From: a virus
Length of the DNA stretch: 64,000 bases
Direction: 5' to 3' (one strand)
Virus record (IMG/VR): IMGVR_UViG_3300047564_003843
Location: 64,001-128,000 of that record
Shown: positions 8,401 to 23,030 of the stretch, piece after piece
How positions within the stretch are numbered: the stretch's first letter is position 1
Layout: the number at the start of each line of letters is the position of its first letter
Translations under genes and position numbers: made by a program
Notes under the pieces: generated by a model
What the model was told of the DNA's origin: nothing
Databases searched by the model: none
The model's input: only the letters and a program-made list of their open reading frames with translations

Positions 8401-9255
8401 GAACCTCCTGCAGAAGAACCTCCTGCAGAAGAACCACCAGCAGAAGAACCTCCTGCAGAAGAACCACCAGCAGAAGAACCTCCAGCAGAAGAACCTCCTG
8501 CAGAAGAACCACCAGCAGAAGAACCTCCTGCAGAAGAACCTCCTGCAGAAGAACCACCTGCAGAAGAACCACCAGCAGAAGAACCTCCTGCAGAAACTAC
8601 AGAAGAAGAAATTGATGCTGCTGTAGAAGATGTTATTAGTGATGGCAAGTTGAGTACTGCTGATGCTAAAGAAATTCTTGATGCTCTTAATGCAGATGGT
8701 GAAATTACTAAAGATGAAGTCAACAATCTTTCTGATGCTTTATCTGCTGATGGAAAGCTGACAGAGGCTGAAAAAAATCTTGTTGCAGATGCCCTTATTG
8801 AATCAGTTGCTCCAGGCGAAAATTTAACCAAAGAACAGATTCAAGATGCTGGAATTGAGTATAAAGACCTACCCGCAGACACCCCAGTCGAGGTACGTCA
8901 AGACGAGAACGGTAATGAAATTGTTATTATCGCTGAGGTGGCAGCAGCGCTAGAATTGATTGCTGACCCAACACAACTGGTTTCTGCAATATTTGACGAC
9001 CCTGCACAAGCACTACTTGCAGTAGCAAGTATTGGTGCAGATATGTCAGAAGAAGAACGTGAAGAAGCAGAAAAAATGGTTGTAGCAACTGTTGTTGCTG
9101 CTGGTGCTGCAATTCAAGCAGCGGCTGCAGCAGCTGGAACCGCTGGATCCTCTTCTGGCGGCGGAGGCGGAGGCGGAGGCGGAGGCGGAGCTTCTGGAAA
9201 AATGGATGGAACTCGTAGAAGAACTACTAGTGGAAGAGTTAGGAAGGTGAAATAA
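5410..9255 (+). CDS. Large exported surface protein (signal peptide, Ala/Thr coiled coil, PA14, FN3, EEPPA stalk)
   Basis: Basic N-terminus, hydrophobic core and AYA cleavage site. ADDGVKLYLDG..NDW..WYYENGGGA is PA14-like; APTNIV..VSWDPP..YQISVRS is FN3-like. Confidence 0.8.
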   Translation: MSRRFSGKAKTTLRRFWLSLAATPFIIFLVGVLTPQTAYASDEEGVQPAPNPNSTSTDTNASSGGDPQASSSGSTQEQITEAATAVATAESEVTTLNTQVTQITEVATSISQPSTQVTEAVSSAQISVAEAATAVQTADAAVESGQTAVTVSQVANQTLAQATATVTTQTAIVEQASTAVAIAQSAVTTATTTFYQENANLGTLTSNLSSAQTAATAAQAAANEANTTTTVTETFANNTTSVVTVTTGSGVSIGGNWNTAQTSGPGLVVQWPQNDVVIDVNPSNTGTVTSVTMGVYAKNGDTTMTATNTDGSTTTTIIDNNVSAETQAVGYTSTETITGSSIETLTITKDDDYYIIDNISITKTSSDPDLVAAAEAANAELASTQAAYDAQLAVRDASHAAWGAAHDAANTAQTNLSSEQTTLVQAQNTESTATTVAQAASAAMTTLVSTAVTATETAVTEVKEAKVEIAEAQVSVSAAAVETVSTTLQTVVASSDALALQKPEVVAVVDAAVDAVVEAEEAVEAAQTAMETAVTLASTAPTVEAATAVVEDKTQVLATASAAVDAQEVVVTQAVTTEAAAQAVVDSATSQGLKVEVYNVQGQNNAPVLAENATPVLTTTDTNGISEQWGGGYVAGSNLHEDVIVKYTGTWTPSVDVTHVHAPADDGVKLYLDGQLVINDWYDKGGGGSVVEQAIAAGDSTEFELWYYENGGGAGVWFYRYNPSTGYVIASGSEFSQTAATAEQLQTLATAETTLATETQTLSTLQATETVATTNLQNAQANLQAANTAVAAMDTAITAAQTAITETVQAIAAVQTAQTVVAQEVILQSPIGAPTNIVVTQLENGDVQVSWDPPTGVISPERYAISWSVGDSGWGVATGNAGDANALNTSIVLSAALFESTGGLDTTYQISVRSDNDSLAKYSTTTATQLLVVDPTPAPEPQPSPQPEPEPEPNPTPVDPIPEPPAEEPILPEPPAEEPPAEEPPAEEPPAEEPPAEEPPAEEPPAEEPPAEEPPAEEPPAEEPPAEEPPAEEPPAEEPPAEEPPAEEPPAEEPPAEEPPAETTEEEIDAAVEDVISDGKLSTADAKEILDALNADGEITKDEVNNLSDALSADGKLTEAEKNLVADALIESVAPGENLTKEQIQDAGIEYKDLPADTPVEVRQDENGNEIVIIAEVAAALELIADPTQLVSAIFDDPAQALLAVASIGADMSEEEREEAEKMVVATVVAAGAAIQAAAAAAGTAGSSSGGGGGGGGGGGASGKMDGTRRRTTSGRVRKVK
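8338..8592 (+). repeat. 15-bp tandem repeat x17 encoding (EEPPA)n
   Basis: GAAGAACCWCCWGCA units. Confidence 0.95.
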
Positions 9256-9438
9256 ATGAAAAACTTCTTGAGAGATGTGCTAGACCAGCTTTGGACACTG
9301 CTAGGCATGTTTGTTGCTTGGATTGTTTTAGACGGTTCAGCTAAGACTGTAGTCGGCTATGCCATTATCTGGGCCACAGCCGTATGGTTTATTACATACG
9401 GATTAAGAAACCCTAAAGAAGAAGAAGACGAGGAGTAA
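9256..9438 (+). CDS. Small two-TM membrane protein
   Basis: Two hydrophobic helices and an acidic tail; the ATG immediately follows the upstream TAA. Confidence 0.75.
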   Translation: MKNFLRDVLDQLWTLLGMFVAWIVLDGSAKTVVGYAIIWATAVWFITYGLRNPKEEEDEE

Positions 9439-9469
9439 AAGTCAGGAAGGTTAATTCCTGACTACTCCT
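9431..9469 (+). terminator. Stem-loop, probable terminator
   Basis: AGTCAGGAA/TTCCTGACT stem, extended by AGGAGT/ACTCCT. Confidence 0.55.
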
Positions 9470-9543
9470 TGCTTTATCCTTGTGTTTATGATAGATTTCT
9501 GAAGGACGCGCTGAACACAAAGACACAAATGGAGACATAAAAG

Positions 9544-10002
9544 ATGAGTAATGAGCTTGTAGAGCAATACGCCCAGCTTATTCAACCAATTATTGGTGAA
9601 GCTAAAAAGGCATATGGAGCTAGAAACCAAAACAGTCCAGCGCATCAAGCAAGTAGAGAATATACACGTTTGCTTGTTGAGTTTAGATCTAAAGGCGGAA
9701 GTCTCCCCCTTTTAGCTAAACGTTTAAATGTTGCTTATGCTGGTGTGCGCCGCCGTGTAGTAATGAATGAGATTAGTGTTTCTAATATTAAACCTTCAAA
9801 ACGTATAAAAGGTGAAGTAGTAAAGCTTGCCGCAGAGAGAGTCCGCTCTGCTAAGAAGCAAGGTACAGACCAATATCATGACCAATTAGCAGAAGAATAT
9901 AAATCTGGAATTTCTCTTTCTAATTTAGCAAAAGAGTTAGGTCTTAGTTCTGCCGCACCCCTGTACTATGGAGTTCAAAGAAGTCTTCAACGAAACAGAT
10001 AG
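9544..10002 (+). CDS. Putative DNA-binding protein with two HTH-like repeats
   Basis: GGSLPLLAKRLNV and GISLSNLAKELGL; basic; directly upstream of TerL. Confidence 0.55.
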   Translation: MSNELVEQYAQLIQPIIGEAKKAYGARNQNSPAHQASREYTRLLVEFRSKGGSLPLLAKRLNVAYAGVRRRVVMNEISVSNIKPSKRIKGEVVKLAAERVRSAKKQGTDQYHDQLAEEYKSGISLSNLAKELGLSSAAPLYYGVQRSLQRNR

Positions 10003-10012
10003 GTAGTCGTAT

Positions 10013-11434
10013 ATGGGAAAGAGCTTTATGGAACAGCTCGCCCTTCTACCTGAAGAAGAGCAAGCAGCAGTTCTTTCTCGTATAGACCCTGAAATACTTC
10101 AATGGGATTGGCAATCTTGGGGAAGACCAGAGCAGTTACCTCCTGAAGGCGATGATTGGAATATTTGGCTTGTACTTGCAGGTCGTGGTTTTGGTAAAAC
10201 AAGACTTGCATCTGAATGGGTAAGAGACCAAGCTAAATATACAAATGAAGGTCAAAGACGTTTTGCTTTGGTGGCTCGTACTGCTGCTGACGTTCGAGAT
10301 GTTATTGTTGAAGGTGAGTCTGGGATTATCAATGTCTCCCCACCATCTGAGCGTCCGCATTATGAGCCATCAAAACGTCGTTTAACTTGGCCTAATGGAA
10401 ATACAGCAACACTTTTCACCGCAGATGAACCTGACTCACTTCGTGGTCCTCAATTTACACACGCATGGGGCGATGAGATTGCAGCATGGAGACAAACTCC
10501 AGATGCTGCTGGTATGACTGCATTCGATAACCTTCGAGTTGGTACTCGTCTTGGTGCAAAACCAAAAATTGTTTGTACTACAACTCCTAAAAGAGTTCCA
10601 CTTCTTTACAAGTTGATTGAAGAATCAAATAATCCTAAAAGTCTTTCAAAAGTTATTGTAACTAGAGGTTCGACTATGGATAATGCTGGAAATTTATCTG
10701 GCACATATCTAGACACAATTATGGGTGTATATGAAGGAACTTCTTTAGCTCGTCAAGAACTTTACGGAGAAATGCTTACTGACCTTGAAGGAACTTTATG
10801 GACAATGGAGATGATAGAAAAATCTAGACAAGGAGTTCTCCCTCCTCAAGCTCCGCTCCGTTGTATTGGTGTAGACCCTTCTGTTGCAGAAAATCCTCGA
10901 GATGAGTGCGGAATTATTGTATGTGCATCTACAGCAGATAGAGATTTGTATAAACGTCATGCTTGGGTTTTAGAAGATGCATCTGTTCTTGGTTCACCAG
11001 AAGTGTGGGCAAATAAAGTTGTTGAGATGGCAAGACGTTGGGGAGCACCAGTAATTGCTGAAGTTAACCAAGGTGGAGCTTTAGTTAGAAATGCAATTAA
11101 TGCAATTGACCCAAATGTTAAGGTCTTGGAAGTGCATTCAAAGCATGGTAAAGCGCTTCGCGCTGAACCTGTTGTTCTTGCTTACGAGCAAGAGCGTGTT
11201 CATCACATTGGATATCTTCCAGACCTTGAGTCTCAGATGACAACTTGGGTGCCAGGAGAGACCAAAAAATCTCCAGACCGAGTTGATGCCTTAGTTCACG
11301 CAATGACTGCTCTCCTTATTAAGCCTCCACAAGGATTTGTTGGCGGTAACTTGGTAGCCAAATCCTTTTCCTCACGGAGATTGCCTAATTTTAGAACAGG
11401 TGGCGGAGGTCGAGTTTTTAGTCCTAGAAACTAA
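10013..11434 (+). CDS. terL: Terminase large subunit
   Basis: Walker A AGRGFGKT, LRGPQF..WGDE Walker B, TTTP coupling motif, nuclease motifs GVDPS and SPDRVDA. Confidence 0.92.
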   Translation: MGKSFMEQLALLPEEEQAAVLSRIDPEILQWDWQSWGRPEQLPPEGDDWNIWLVLAGRGFGKTRLASEWVRDQAKYTNEGQRRFALVARTAADVRDVIVEGESGIINVSPPSERPHYEPSKRRLTWPNGNTATLFTADEPDSLRGPQFTHAWGDEIAAWRQTPDAAGMTAFDNLRVGTRLGAKPKIVCTTTPKRVPLLYKLIEESNNPKSLSKVIVTRGSTMDNAGNLSGTYLDTIMGVYEGTSLARQELYGEMLTDLEGTLWTMEMIEKSRQGVLPPQAPLRCIGVDPSVAENPRDECGIIVCASTADRDLYKRHAWVLEDASVLGSPEVWANKVVEMARRWGAPVIAEVNQGGALVRNAINAIDPNVKVLEVHSKHGKALRAEPVVLAYEQERVHHIGYLPDLESQMTTWVPGETKKSPDRVDALVHAMTALLIKPPQGFVGGNLVAKSFSSRRLPNFRTGGGGRVFSPRN

Positions 11435-14037
11435 AAGTTTCTATTAAAGGCGTTAAGAGTATTCCAATCAATTTCTGCTGTTTGTACAGCTCTTGGGATT
11501 AGACTTTTTCCTTTAACTATTGCTCGTGAACCAGTTCCAGAAGTCTCAATACTTCTTTCAGCTAGTTTTCTTTGGAATCCAATCTGAGTAAGTGGGCGTT
11601 CACCGCGCTCATCACTCCATTGACGATATACACCATATAAAGTTTTAATTGGTATCTGAGCGCCAGAATTTTCAAGAGTCTCTTCAGATAAAAAGATTCC
11701 AATACGGTCTTCATTTTTGCGATACATCTCAGCTGCTTCCGCAACTTGAGTGCACCAACCCAATGCATCACGGGATGACGAACCAAGAAGTTTAATAGCA
11801 CCATCTACAGCCCAAGAGAGAACGGCTGGAAGTGCACCTTCAGGGTCAAAGATGTATGCCTTTAAATCGGGATCAGGATTTTCAGGCACACGTGTCATCG
11901 GCATCGGACGGATACGACGCCACATTGCATCGTCCGTGATGATTGGGCGGTGATTTGTCGTAACCCAGAGTTTTGCTCTAGATTCGAACGTGAAAGGCTG
12001 TTCTCCCGGAGAACGAGCCGATATTACAGACGAACCAGTTAAACGCTTAACCGCATTTTCTTTGATTCGTTCATTGTCAGGAAGCTCATCAACCCACACC
12101 ATACGCTTACCACGCAATTGAGCCCAATGGTAAGCGTCTGTATTTCCATTACTCATTTCATTTGCGGCAAGGATGTGAGAATCAAGAGGCCATGCATATT
12201 GTTCTGTACCAAGACATTTAACAATTGCTTCAACAAGAGTGTTTTTACCAGAACCAGCAGGTCCATAAGCTAAAAACATAATGTCATATTTGTTAGAACC
12301 AGTAATTGAGTAACCAGCAGCTTTTTGTATCCAGTCTTGATATTCCTTATCACCACCAGTTGCAAAATCTAAAAATTGTTGCCACCGCACATTTGTATGT
12401 CCTCGTGTATAAGTTACTGGAGCTCTTCTGGTGATATTTAAATCTGGACGACCTTTTAATAGTTCACCCGTTCTTAAATCAATAACACCATTTAATACAC
12501 CTAAAAGATTTTCATCTGCATCCCATTTGCTTACTGGTACTTCAATTCTTGGGTCAGACTTTGCACTCTCTATTGCACCTTTCATACGAGCATTTGAACG
12601 CGATTGATGTGCCCATTGAATAACAGATGCTTGTTGAGAGTCGGGGTATTGAATTACCTCAGCGGAAACAATTGGTGGAATACGCTTAGCTAACTCTTGA
12701 ACTTCCAAGTCTTCTCGGTCTGGTTTCCAGTAGCCTTCTTTCCAAACAAACCAACCCAAGCCGCTCGTATAGCGAATCCCAGTGCCAAATACGTCAACAA
12801 GGCGACGACCATTACCTGTATCAGAAAGCGAACGCTTTCCTTCATTTCCTCCATCTTCAAGTCTGAGTGCATCTGGATCCTTAGGTACATTGATGTTAGT
12901 TAGAGATGTTGCTTGTTCAATTGAGTCACCGTCTTCAATTCCAGCTAAAACAGTGCTAGATATAGGACCAGTTCCCATAGGAAACATTGTTGGTTGTTTA
13001 GGCTCAATTGGTGTTACTACTCCAGTAAGAGGTTTTAGTTCTTTCTGTTCTCCAGAAATTCTTAAAGCTTGCTGCTTTTGCCACTCTGCTGTTTCTGGGC
13101 TTAAGTAAGCAAGTTTTGGATTAGCAGCAACAAAATCGATTGCTCTGTGTACGTGATGAAGTAGTCCGTTAGTTCCTTCTATGTGAAGAGGTGGACGAAT
13201 CTTCTCGGCATTGAATCTAATCATGTCAGACTCAATCATTCGCCTTGAACTTGCATCTGTTCCAAATTTATTTGCTAAAGCACAAACAAGTTTATAAACA
13301 TCTACAGCTCTAGAACCTTCATCAATACCTTGCTCAAGCATCGCTGAGACATCAACTTTTTCATATTCAATGTCGTCCCAGTTACCACTCTCAAGAGTGA
13401 AATTTGTTCTTCTAGTTTGCTTGCGAAGAGCTTGTAGTAGTTCTTCTGGAGCATCGGCCATTTCAATTTCCCAAGGTGCCTTGCCCTCAGCCCACTCATA
13501 GTTAAGACCAGAACCGTGTCTACTTGGAGCAATCAAAACATAACCGTTGTGCTTTATGTCAATGCCTTTTAAATCTAATTTATTTAAGTTTCCAATTAGT
13601 CCTTCAGATGGACTGCATTTGTAGTAGATGTGTCGACCACGGACATGACGACCTCTATCGTCAGTGTATGCACCAGTTAATGCTTCAACAGTTGGTGGAA
13701 GAGCTCCTTCAACTAATTCTTCAAATTTAATAAATGAATCAGGACCACCAGAACGAGGATCAATATCAATTACTAAAAAACCACTCTTTGAACAGTGAAC
13801 TCCAATGTTGTAGTTTGGATTATCAGTCCACCATTTTTCTACTGTCTGAGCGTTACTTGTAGAGTTTAGATTCCACTCATTTATTGCTGGGTGTTTTCCA
13901 ACCTCTTTTGGCTCCCCGTGACCCTTGTTGCAAGTACAACGACCGTCAACAATTCCATGACATGGAAGGATATTCCAGCCAATTTGAGAGTAATAAGAAG
14001 AACCTTTTACAAGACGCTCGGAGAAACCGTCTGTCAT
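11431..14037 (-). CDS. Bifunctional primase-polymerase fused to a D5/P4-type SF3 helicase
   Basis: GKHP, NIGV, VIDIDP, GRHIYY, GYVLIAPS (Prim-Pol); GPAGSGKNT, WVDE, TTNHRP, DDAMWRR (helicase). Confidence 0.92.
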   Translation of the reverse strand: MTDGFSERLVKGSSYYSQIGWNILPCHGIVDGRCTCNKGHGEPKEVGKHPAINEWNLNSTSNAQTVEKWWTDNPNYNIGVHCSKSGFLVIDIDPRSGGPDSFIKFEELVEGALPPTVEALTGAYTDDRGRHVRGRHIYYKCSPSEGLIGNLNKLDLKGIDIKHNGYVLIAPSRHGSGLNYEWAEGKAPWEIEMADAPEELLQALRKQTRRTNFTLESGNWDDIEYEKVDVSAMLEQGIDEGSRAVDVYKLVCALANKFGTDASSRRMIESDMIRFNAEKIRPPLHIEGTNGLLHHVHRAIDFVAANPKLAYLSPETAEWQKQQALRISGEQKELKPLTGVVTPIEPKQPTMFPMGTGPISSTVLAGIEDGDSIEQATSLTNINVPKDPDALRLEDGGNEGKRSLSDTGNGRRLVDVFGTGIRYTSGLGWFVWKEGYWKPDREDLEVQELAKRIPPIVSAEVIQYPDSQQASVIQWAHQSRSNARMKGAIESAKSDPRIEVPVSKWDADENLLGVLNGVIDLRTGELLKGRPDLNITRRAPVTYTRGHTNVRWQQFLDFATGGDKEYQDWIQKAAGYSITGSNKYDIMFLAYGPAGSGKNTLVEAIVKCLGTEQYAWPLDSHILAANEMSNGNTDAYHWAQLRGKRMVWVDELPDNERIKENAVKRLTGSSVISARSPGEQPFTFESRAKLWVTTNHRPIITDDAMWRRIRPMPMTRVPENPDPDLKAYIFDPEGALPAVLSWAVDGAIKLLGSSSRDALGWCTQVAEAAEMYRKNEDRIGIFLSEETLENSGAQIPIKTLYGVYRQWSDERGERPLTQIGFQRKLAERSIETSGTGSRAIVKGKSLIPRAVQTAEIDWNTLNAFNRNF

Positions 14038-14221
14038 AAAACCTCCGTCGTCATAAATCCCAAGGTATCTTAAACCTAAAACCTAAGTCAAGACACTAAT
14101 TACATTTTTTTTCCGTGTAGCAAATTTACACCTTTTGGAAGACTTAGGCGATACTAACTCTCCGACATTTAATATAAACTATATTCATAGTCTTTTAAAA
14201 ACCATAAAGTTAGGAACCAAA

Positions 14222-14620
14222 ATGCTCTTTGCCGCAGATGCTCCTTGGTGGGAACCAGGTACCCCTAATTTTCTAGACATCGGAGATGTCTCGGCTATTT
14301 TGGTATTCCTAATAACCCTTACAGGTGCCTTTTTAGCAATAACAAAATTTTGGCTAAGGCTACTACGTCGAATCATTCGAGAAGAGATAGAGGTGGCTAC
14401 CCAGCCAATCCATCCTTCTGCAAATGGAGGGCTCAGTCTAGCAGATGTAGCCCGAAAGACTAATAGCCTTGAAACCCAGCTTTCTGACATTCAAAAAGAG
14501 ACTAAAGAGACCAAGGATTTGCTTATCAAAGTCCTAGCTCAGTCAGTGGTAATCCCAGACACCGTTCCTATGGCTGAACCACCTGTGAAGCGAAAAAGCC
14601 GTAAATCCTCAGGTTCTTAG
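14222..14620 (+). CDS. Membrane protein with NGGxSL motif and coiled coil
   Basis: One TM helix, then HPSANGGLSLADV. The ATG at 14222 is preceded by AGGA. Confidence 0.6.
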   Translation: MLFAADAPWWEPGTPNFLDIGDVSAILVFLITLTGAFLAITKFWLRLLRRIIREEIEVATQPIHPSANGGLSLADVARKTNSLETQLSDIQKETKETKDLLIKVLAQSVVIPDTVPMAEPPVKRKSRKSSGS

Positions 14621-14702
14621 AAACACTTTTTTCTTCACCTTTTAGACACGCCAGTAAATTAAAATCTATTAGTTTATTTAATTAAGTGTTATCCTTCTAT
14701 AC

Positions 14703-14731
14703 AGAGTAACCGTTAACTTTACGGTGACTCT
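14703..14731 (+). promoter_or_regulatory. Inverted repeat in the 5' leader, downstream of a TGnTATCCT -10
   Basis: AGAGT-A-ACCGT...ACGGT-G-ACTCT. Confidence 0.4.
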
Positions 14732-14758
14732 AATAAGTAATAAAACTGGAGGATTACC

Positions 14759-15034
14759 ATGGGGTTAGCAGAAAAATTACTTGAAGTAAAAAGGTCTGAA
14801 CCTGGACTTCCCTGCGGGATAGGAAAGCTTCTTACGGAACTCAAGGGGGAAGATAAAGAAGCTTTAGAATTAATTTTTTCTACCCGTTCAAAATCTGGGA
14901 CAATTTCAAATCGTCAAATTCATCGCATTCTTCTCGATGAGGGGTATGAGGTGGCGTTTGCTTCTATCTCGCTTCATAGGCGGCAACAGTGCCGTTGCTA
15001 TACGAGTAGAGATAAAGCAGTTAAGGACAACTAA
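14759..15034 (+). CDS. Small Cys/His protein, putative DNA-binding
   Basis: PCGIG...SLHRRQQCRC; GGAGG RBS; coupled to the phosphoesterase. Confidence 0.65.
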   Translation: MGLAEKLLEVKRSEPGLPCGIGKLLTELKGEDKEALELIFSTRSKSGTISNRQIHRILLDEGYEVAFASISLHRRQQCRCYTSRDKAVKDN

Positions 15035-16251
15035 TGTCTTCTCTAACAGACAAGCTCACTGAGCTCATTTCTCCGGGGCCTAGTGGGTCTGACCGTAGAG
15101 AAACAAACACTCCCGAATCTTGGAGACCACGCCTTGAGATAGACCCGTCAAAAGGCGAAGGGTTTTTTATATCAACCCCAAGACCAGCAGGAAACAGCGC
15201 AGATGCAACAGAACTTTTAAAAGAGTTCGATTTAGACCCAAAAGATTGGTCAATAAGCTCTCTAAGACGCTCAAGATGGCAGAATCATAAAGGAGAATGG
15301 CTAGAAGCTTTTAGAGCCAGCTTAGTTCCAACTTCTAATGTATCTAGTTCAGAGTTAGATTTTGATTTAGAGAAATTAATAAATGAGGTTTCTAAGTGGA
15401 GACCTTCTAAAGTTTCACAAAAAATAACAGGCGAACTTGCATATGTATTTGCTCCCAGTGACCAGCAAATTGGTAAAAAGCAAGGCGACACTGGAACTGG
15501 TCAAACAGTTCAAAGACTTTTAGATTTAACCGAACAAGGTGTTCAAAGACTTTTAGAGCTTAGAAAAATTGGAAGACCTATAGGAACAATTGTCATACCC
15601 CTACCAGGAGACCATGTAGAAGGCACTGTGTCCCAAGGGGGAAGAATTCAAGGTCAAGCTGTATCAGATTTAGGTATTACAGAGCAAACTAGATTAGCCA
15701 GACGACTTCTTTTAGCACAAGTAAAAGCTTTTGCTCCATATGCTGAAAAAATAGTAGTACCAGTAGTTAATGGAAACCATGATGAAGCTGGTCGTCAAGT
15801 TATGACTGACCCTTCAGATGGGTGGAATGTTGAAATTGCAAGCGCAGTCCAAGACGCTTGCGCAGAAAATGAAAATCTTTCTCACGTTGAATTTAGATTC
15901 CCAGAAAAGCAGCATCAAACTTTGGCTATAAATGTTTGTGGAACTATGCTTGGACTTTTTCACGGTCATCAAACTGGTCGAGATGTTTTAAAATATCTAT
16001 CTGAGCAATCAGCTGGTCAAACTCCATTAGGCGCTTGCGATGTCTGGATTTCTGGGCATTACCACTCGTTTAAGAGTATGGATGTTGGCAACCGTCTATG
16101 GCTTCAAGCCCCGACTACTGACCCCGGTAGTGCGTGGTTTAGGGACAGACATGGACTGGAGTCACCTCCAGGAGTCCTAACTTTGGTTATAGGTGGAGAC
16201 TACAATCCGAGACAGGATATAAGCGTTTTAACTGCTAAAAGGACTACATAA
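15034..16251 (+). CDS. Calcineurin-like metallophosphoesterase (Mre11-like)
   Basis: SDQQIGK, GDHVEG, GNHD, FHGH, GHYH motifs. Confidence 0.85.
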   Translation: MSSLTDKLTELISPGPSGSDRRETNTPESWRPRLEIDPSKGEGFFISTPRPAGNSADATELLKEFDLDPKDWSISSLRRSRWQNHKGEWLEAFRASLVPTSNVSSSELDFDLEKLINEVSKWRPSKVSQKITGELAYVFAPSDQQIGKKQGDTGTGQTVQRLLDLTEQGVQRLLELRKIGRPIGTIVIPLPGDHVEGTVSQGGRIQGQAVSDLGITEQTRLARRLLLAQVKAFAPYAEKIVVPVVNGNHDEAGRQVMTDPSDGWNVEIASAVQDACAENENLSHVEFRFPEKQHQTLAINVCGTMLGLFHGHQTGRDVLKYLSEQSAGQTPLGACDVWISGHYHSFKSMDVGNRLWLQAPTTDPGSAWFRDRHGLESPPGVLTLVIGGDYNPRQDISVLTAKRTT

Positions 16252-16358
16252 TTTAAAGATAGCCATCTCCGTGACAGCGTACAATATAAAACAGTCCCGA
16301 GGAGTCTGTTTGCCTGTGCAGCCTCCTATAAAGACCACCGAGACCTGGAGCACCGCGA

Positions 16359-22304
<5,946 letters not shown>

Positions 22305-22317
22305 GGAGAGTGATTAA

Positions 22318-23019
22318 ATGCCAGCAATAGATTTTCCAAATAATCCAACTCTTAATCAAGAGTACACAAACGGAGTAAACGTCTACCGTTGGGATGGCAC
22401 TGCGTGGCGATTAGTTCGCACAAGTGCAGTCGGACCAACAGGTCCAACTGGTCCTGCAGGTCTTGATTCAACTGCTATTGGTGCTACTGGTCCAACTGGT
22501 CCAGATGGTTTACAAGGACCTACAGGTCCAGAAGGTCTTCCATCTATCGTTCCAGGTCCAACTGGTGCTACTGGACCTACAGGGTCTTTTGCAATTGTCC
22601 CGTGGACTTTGTATACGCCAACATGGTTTGGAAGCACTACAAATCCTCAAATTGGAAATGGTCTTCTTCAAGGTAGATATACCTATGTAGGAACTACAAT
22701 TTTTGGAGAAATTAGAATTCGAGCAGGAACATCAGGATTTAACCGAGGAAATGGTACTTATTCTTTAAGCCTTCCTGCTGCTGGAAATGTTGAAAACTAT
22801 CAACCAGTAGGTCAAGTTGTTATGAGAGATGAAGGCCCAGGTATTACATACTTTGGTACTGCAATTTTTAATAACAACGTATCCAATCGTATAGAGCTTT
22901 TTATGCACTCACAGTCTGCAACATTTGATGAAGGTGTAGCTGTAACTGAAAGCACACCATTCCTTATCAGCGCGAATGACAAGATACTTATTCAATTTAC
23001 CTATGAGTCGTTGGTGTAA
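22318..23019 (+). CDS. Short collagen-like fibre protein
   Basis: AIDFP..WDGTAW N-terminal module, G-X-Y run, C-terminal beta domain. Confidence 0.85.
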   Translation: MPAIDFPNNPTLNQEYTNGVNVYRWDGTAWRLVRTSAVGPTGPTGPAGLDSTAIGATGPTGPDGLQGPTGPEGLPSIVPGPTGATGPTGSFAIVPWTLYTPTWFGSTTNPQIGNGLLQGRYTYVGTTIFGEIRIRAGTSGFNRGNGTYSLSLPAAGNVENYQPVGQVVMRDEGPGITYFGTAIFNNNVSNRIELFMHSQSATFDEGVAVTESTPFLISANDKILIQFTYESLV

Positions 23020-23030
23020 GGAGATAACTG

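Noticed and set aside
8141-8831. Overlapping ORFs with QKNLL, QEVLL or SAGGS repeats
   Set aside because: They are other-frame readings of the 15-bp EEPPA repeat.
14038-14221. Replication origin in the AT-rich divergent gap beside the primase
   Set aside because: Only a short AAACCTAA duplication is present; divergent promoters explain the region adequately.
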